A DNA stretch of 64,000 bases, taken from the NCBI GenBank assembly GCA_903851135.1, contig CAINNK010000037.1, positions 1,320 to 65,319 of the forward strand, read 5' to 3'. This DNA is from an uncultured bacterium. GTDB taxonomy: Bacteria; Patescibacteriota; Minisyncoccia; Moranbacterales; GWC2-37-73. A program made the position numbers and the translations under genes. Shown piece by piece: positions 61,273 through 64,000 of the stretch. Each line of letters begins with the position of its first letter. The stretch's first letter is position 1. Below the pieces are notes generated by a model. That model saw only the letters and a program-made list of their open reading frames with translations, ran no database searches and had not been told where the DNA came from.

Positions 61273-63405
61273 ATGGACATCTTTAATGCCAAAATCGGGT
61301 CAATTCCGAGAATCAGCGAAAAATACGTTGAAATTTTGAAAAAAATCAACGTTTTCACAGTGAGTGATTTTTTGCTTCACTTCCCTTTTCGCTATGAAGA
61401 TTATAGCGAACGAATTGAAATTGACTCCCTTGTCGCTGGGCAAACTGCCACGATTATGGGCGAGATTTCAACGAGCAAATTAGTTCGAACCTGGAAGAAA
61501 AAAATGCTCATTACAGAATGCCACATTGCAGATGAAACTGGCAGCGTGCGAGCGGTGTGGTTCAATCAGCCCTATGTCAGCGATTCGCTCACAGTCGGCA
61601 AAGGCGTGCGCCTGGCTGGCAAAGTTCTGGAAGACAAAAATGGCTTTTATTTTTCCAATCCGGCCTGGGAACTTTCTTCCCGCGAGCCGACCAACACTGG
61701 AAGATTGGTGCCAATTTACAGCGAAACTGAGGGCCTAACTTCCAAGTGGATTCGCTGGCAAATGCAAAACATTTTCAAATTAAAATTGGAAATTCCGGAT
61801 CCGATTCCGGCAGATATTCTCGAGGAACTCCACTTGCCGCCAATCAAAACTGCCTTACAGTATATTCACTTTCCCCAAAGCGAGAATCAATATTTGCTGG
61901 CTCAAAAAAGATTTGCTTTCCAAAATATGTTGACCGTCCAATTGGCCTCTTTGAAAGTCAAAGCCAATTGGGAAAAAGAATCCTGCGTCAAAATCCCTTT
62001 TCAAGAAAAAACGATCCAGCAGTTCACCGCTTCCCTGCCCTTCACCCTGACCAACGCCCAACGTAAAGCGTCTTTCGAAATTCTCAAAGATTTGGAAAAA
62101 ACCAGACCCATGAACAGGCTGCTTAATGGTGACGTTGGCTCTGGCAAAACTATCATCGCAGCCCTGGCAAGTTTGCAGACAACCCAAGCTGACTTTCAAA
62201 TAGCTATCATGGCCCCCACTGAAGTTCTGGCACGGCAACACTACACAACCTTTTGTGAATTATTCAAAAATACCAAAATAAAGATAGCATTGCTGACAAA
62301 TTCATACAGAGAAACTAACTCAAAGCAAAATACAAGATACGAAATACAAGATACAAAAAAAGTTCAAAAATCAAAAGCCCAAAGAGATGAATTATTAACC
62401 AAAATAAAGCATGGAGAAATAAATATCACAATAGGCACGCACGCCTTGATTCAAAAAGACATTCATTTTAAGAATTTAGCCCTGGTTATCATCGACGAAC
62501 AACATCGCTTTGGCGTCAGCCAGCGCGCTTTTTTGCAACAGCAAATTGAAACTATCAATGATGGACTGCCTGGTAAAATCCCTCATTTACTCACGATGAC
62601 CGCCACCCCAATTCCTCGCACTTTGACGATGGCATATTTTGGCAATCTCGATTTGTCTTTGTTGGATGAGATGCCAAAAAATCGCAAACCGATTATCACT
62701 AAAATAGTTCCACCTCGCCAAAGGAATGAAGTTTATAATTTTGTCAGAAGCCAAGTGGCCGACGGTCATCAGGTTTTTATCATCTTTCCCTTGGTTGAAG
62801 AGTCAGAAAAATTGGCTGAACTTAAGGCGGCCACCCAAGAACATGAAAGACTTTCACGCGATATCTTTCCCGCGCTTTCCCTGGGGCTGCTGCACGGCAA
62901 ACTCAAAGCCAAAGAAAAAGAGCAAGTGATGGCAGATTTCAAAAATAAAAAATATGACATCCTGGTTGCCACTTCCGTGGTGGAAGTTGGCATCGATGTT
63001 CCCAATGCCACCGTCATCATCATTGAAGATGCCGATCGTTTCGGACTTTCGCAGCTCCATCAATTTCGCGGACGCGTCGGCCGCAGCCAGCTACAATCAT
63101 ACTGCTTTCTGCTAACTTCTTCCAACACCGTTAAATCAAAATCACGGCTGGGCGCTTTGGAAAAAACCAACGGTGGTTTTGAAATCGCCGAAGCTGATTT
63201 GAAAATGCGAGGTCCAGGTGAATTTCTGGGCCTGCGCCAATCCGGCTTGCCAGACATTGCCATGCAGCATCTCGGCAACGTGAAACTCATTGAAATTTCT
63301 CGCCAAAAAGCGCTCCAGCTTTTGAAAAGCAGTCCAACCTTGGCAAAATATCCTTTGCTCAAAAAAGAGCTGACAAGGTTTGCCATCAACGTGCACCTTG
63401 AATAA
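61273..63405 (+). CDS. recG: ATP-dependent DNA helicase RecG
   Basis: HFPFRYED, OB wedge (WFNQPY), PMNRLLNGDVGSGKT, APTEVLARQH, IIDEQHRFGV, MTATPIPRT, RFGLSQLHQFRGRVGR, DLKMRGPGE. Confidence 0.97.
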   Translation: MDIFNAKIGSIPRISEKYVEILKKINVFTVSDFLLHFPFRYEDYSERIEIDSLVAGQTATIMGEISTSKLVRTWKKKMLITECHIADETGSVRAVWFNQPYVSDSLTVGKGVRLAGKVLEDKNGFYFSNPAWELSSREPTNTGRLVPIYSETEGLTSKWIRWQMQNIFKLKLEIPDPIPADILEELHLPPIKTALQYIHFPQSENQYLLAQKRFAFQNMLTVQLASLKVKANWEKESCVKIPFQEKTIQQFTASLPFTLTNAQRKASFEILKDLEKTRPMNRLLNGDVGSGKTIIAALASLQTTQADFQIAIMAPTEVLARQHYTTFCELFKNTKIKIALLTNSYRETNSKQNTRYEIQDTKKVQKSKAQRDELLTKIKHGEINITIGTHALIQKDIHFKNLALVIIDEQHRFGVSQRAFLQQQIETINDGLPGKIPHLLTMTATPIPRTLTMAYFGNLDLSLLDEMPKNRKPIITKIVPPRQRNEVYNFVRSQVADGHQVFIIFPLVEESEKLAELKAATQEHERLSRDIFPALSLGLLHGKLKAKEKEQVMADFKNKKYDILVATSVVEVGIDVPNATVIIIEDADRFGLSQLHQFRGRVGRSQLQSYCFLLTSSNTVKSKSRLGALEKTNGGFEIAEADLKMRGPGEFLGLRQSGLPDIAMQHLGNVKLIEISRQKALQLLKSSPTLAKYPLLKKELTRFAINVHLE

Positions 63406-63596
63406 AATCCCGATTTTTGCTAGGATAATTAGGCACTAAGATTTTTAATTTTAACTAAAAAATTCACTCTGTTAAATAATTTTAAAGAAAATTAAGATTT
63501 AATAATTTTTGGGTGAATTTTTAAAAATCATAACTATTAATTAAAATAAGTTGTTTCTACACTATTTGTAGAATCAAATCTTATTTAACAGGGTAA

Positions 63597-64000
63597 ATGG
63601 AAATTAACCCAGGCATTTTCAAAGCTTATGACATCCGTGGAATCTATGGAAGTGATTTTGATGAAGACATGGCCTATCGACTTGGTTTGGCCTATAGCCA
63701 AATGCGAAGAGGAGAATTGCCAGACAAAAAAGAACTCGAAATTGTGGTGGGATATGATATGCGTTTGTCTTCCCAAGCCCTGAAAGAAAAACTTATAGCC
63801 GGACTTTGCGATGGAGGTGTCAATGTGATTGATATCGGACTTTCTTCAACTCCAACTTTTTATTTCGCAGTCGCCAAATATAATTATGATGGTGGCGTAC
63901 TGGTTTCCGCCTCGCACAACCCAAAAGAATATAATGGTTTTAAATTAGTGAGAGAAAGAGCCTTGCCAATCAGCAAAGATTCTGGAATTTTTGTCCTGCG
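63597..64000 (+). CDS. Phosphomannomutase/phosphoglucomutase (5' part)
   Basis: Not in the track because it runs off the window: MEINPGIFKAYDIRGIY...GYDMRLSS...STP...VSASHNPKEYNGFK. Confidence 0.92.
   Translation, partial: MEINPGIFKAYDIRGIYGSDFDEDMAYRLGLAYSQMRRGELPDKKELEIVVGYDMRLSSQALKEKLIAGLCDGGVNVIDIGLSSTPTFYFAVAKYNYDGGVLVSASHNPKEYNGFKLVRERALPISKDSGIFVL

Noticed and set aside
63430-63550. AT-rich inverted repeat between recG and the phosphomannomutase gene
   Set aside because: AAAAATTCAC/GTGAATTTTT arms in very AT-rich DNA could arise by chance, and there is no further support.

Overview
AT-rich chromosomal window that looks like a Patescibacteria/CPR (Parcubacteria-like) bacterium. This is an inference from the giant surface proteins, the secretin-less type IV pilus locus, tRNA-Arg(GCG) and the lack of obvious Shine-Dalgarno sites. 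Bases 1-25 kb hold a minus-strand cluster of very large surface proteins: RCC1 plus Fn3-like, a 28-repeat FG-GAP protein, and a VGIGT-repeat fibre with an S74 chaperone. Next come gyrB, a tRNA operon (fMet, Met, Asp) with a free-standing LAGLIDADG endonuclease between Met and Asp, two GH130-like genes, gatAC and ligA. Then follow a pilMNO-pilB-RR-pilT-pilC-pilins-pilD locus with divergent comF, a MurL-MurD fusion, small accessory genes, lexA, tRNA-Ser/Ser/Arg, recG and a partial phosphomannomutase. The most striking unexplained signal is a set of four structured elements beside the tRNA-Ser and tRNA-Arg genes. Each carries a duplicate of the 5' end (up to D-loop GG) or the 3' end (from the T-loop) of its own neighbouring tRNA, offset by 112-149 bp, and three share a covarying hairpin. 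Other highlights are a candidate LexA operator (GTGYA-N7-TACAC, twice), in-frame 7/9-mer repeat insertions in ligA and recG, and intergenic rod-like GAGC/GCGA palindromes. All calls come from reading the sequence; no searches were run.
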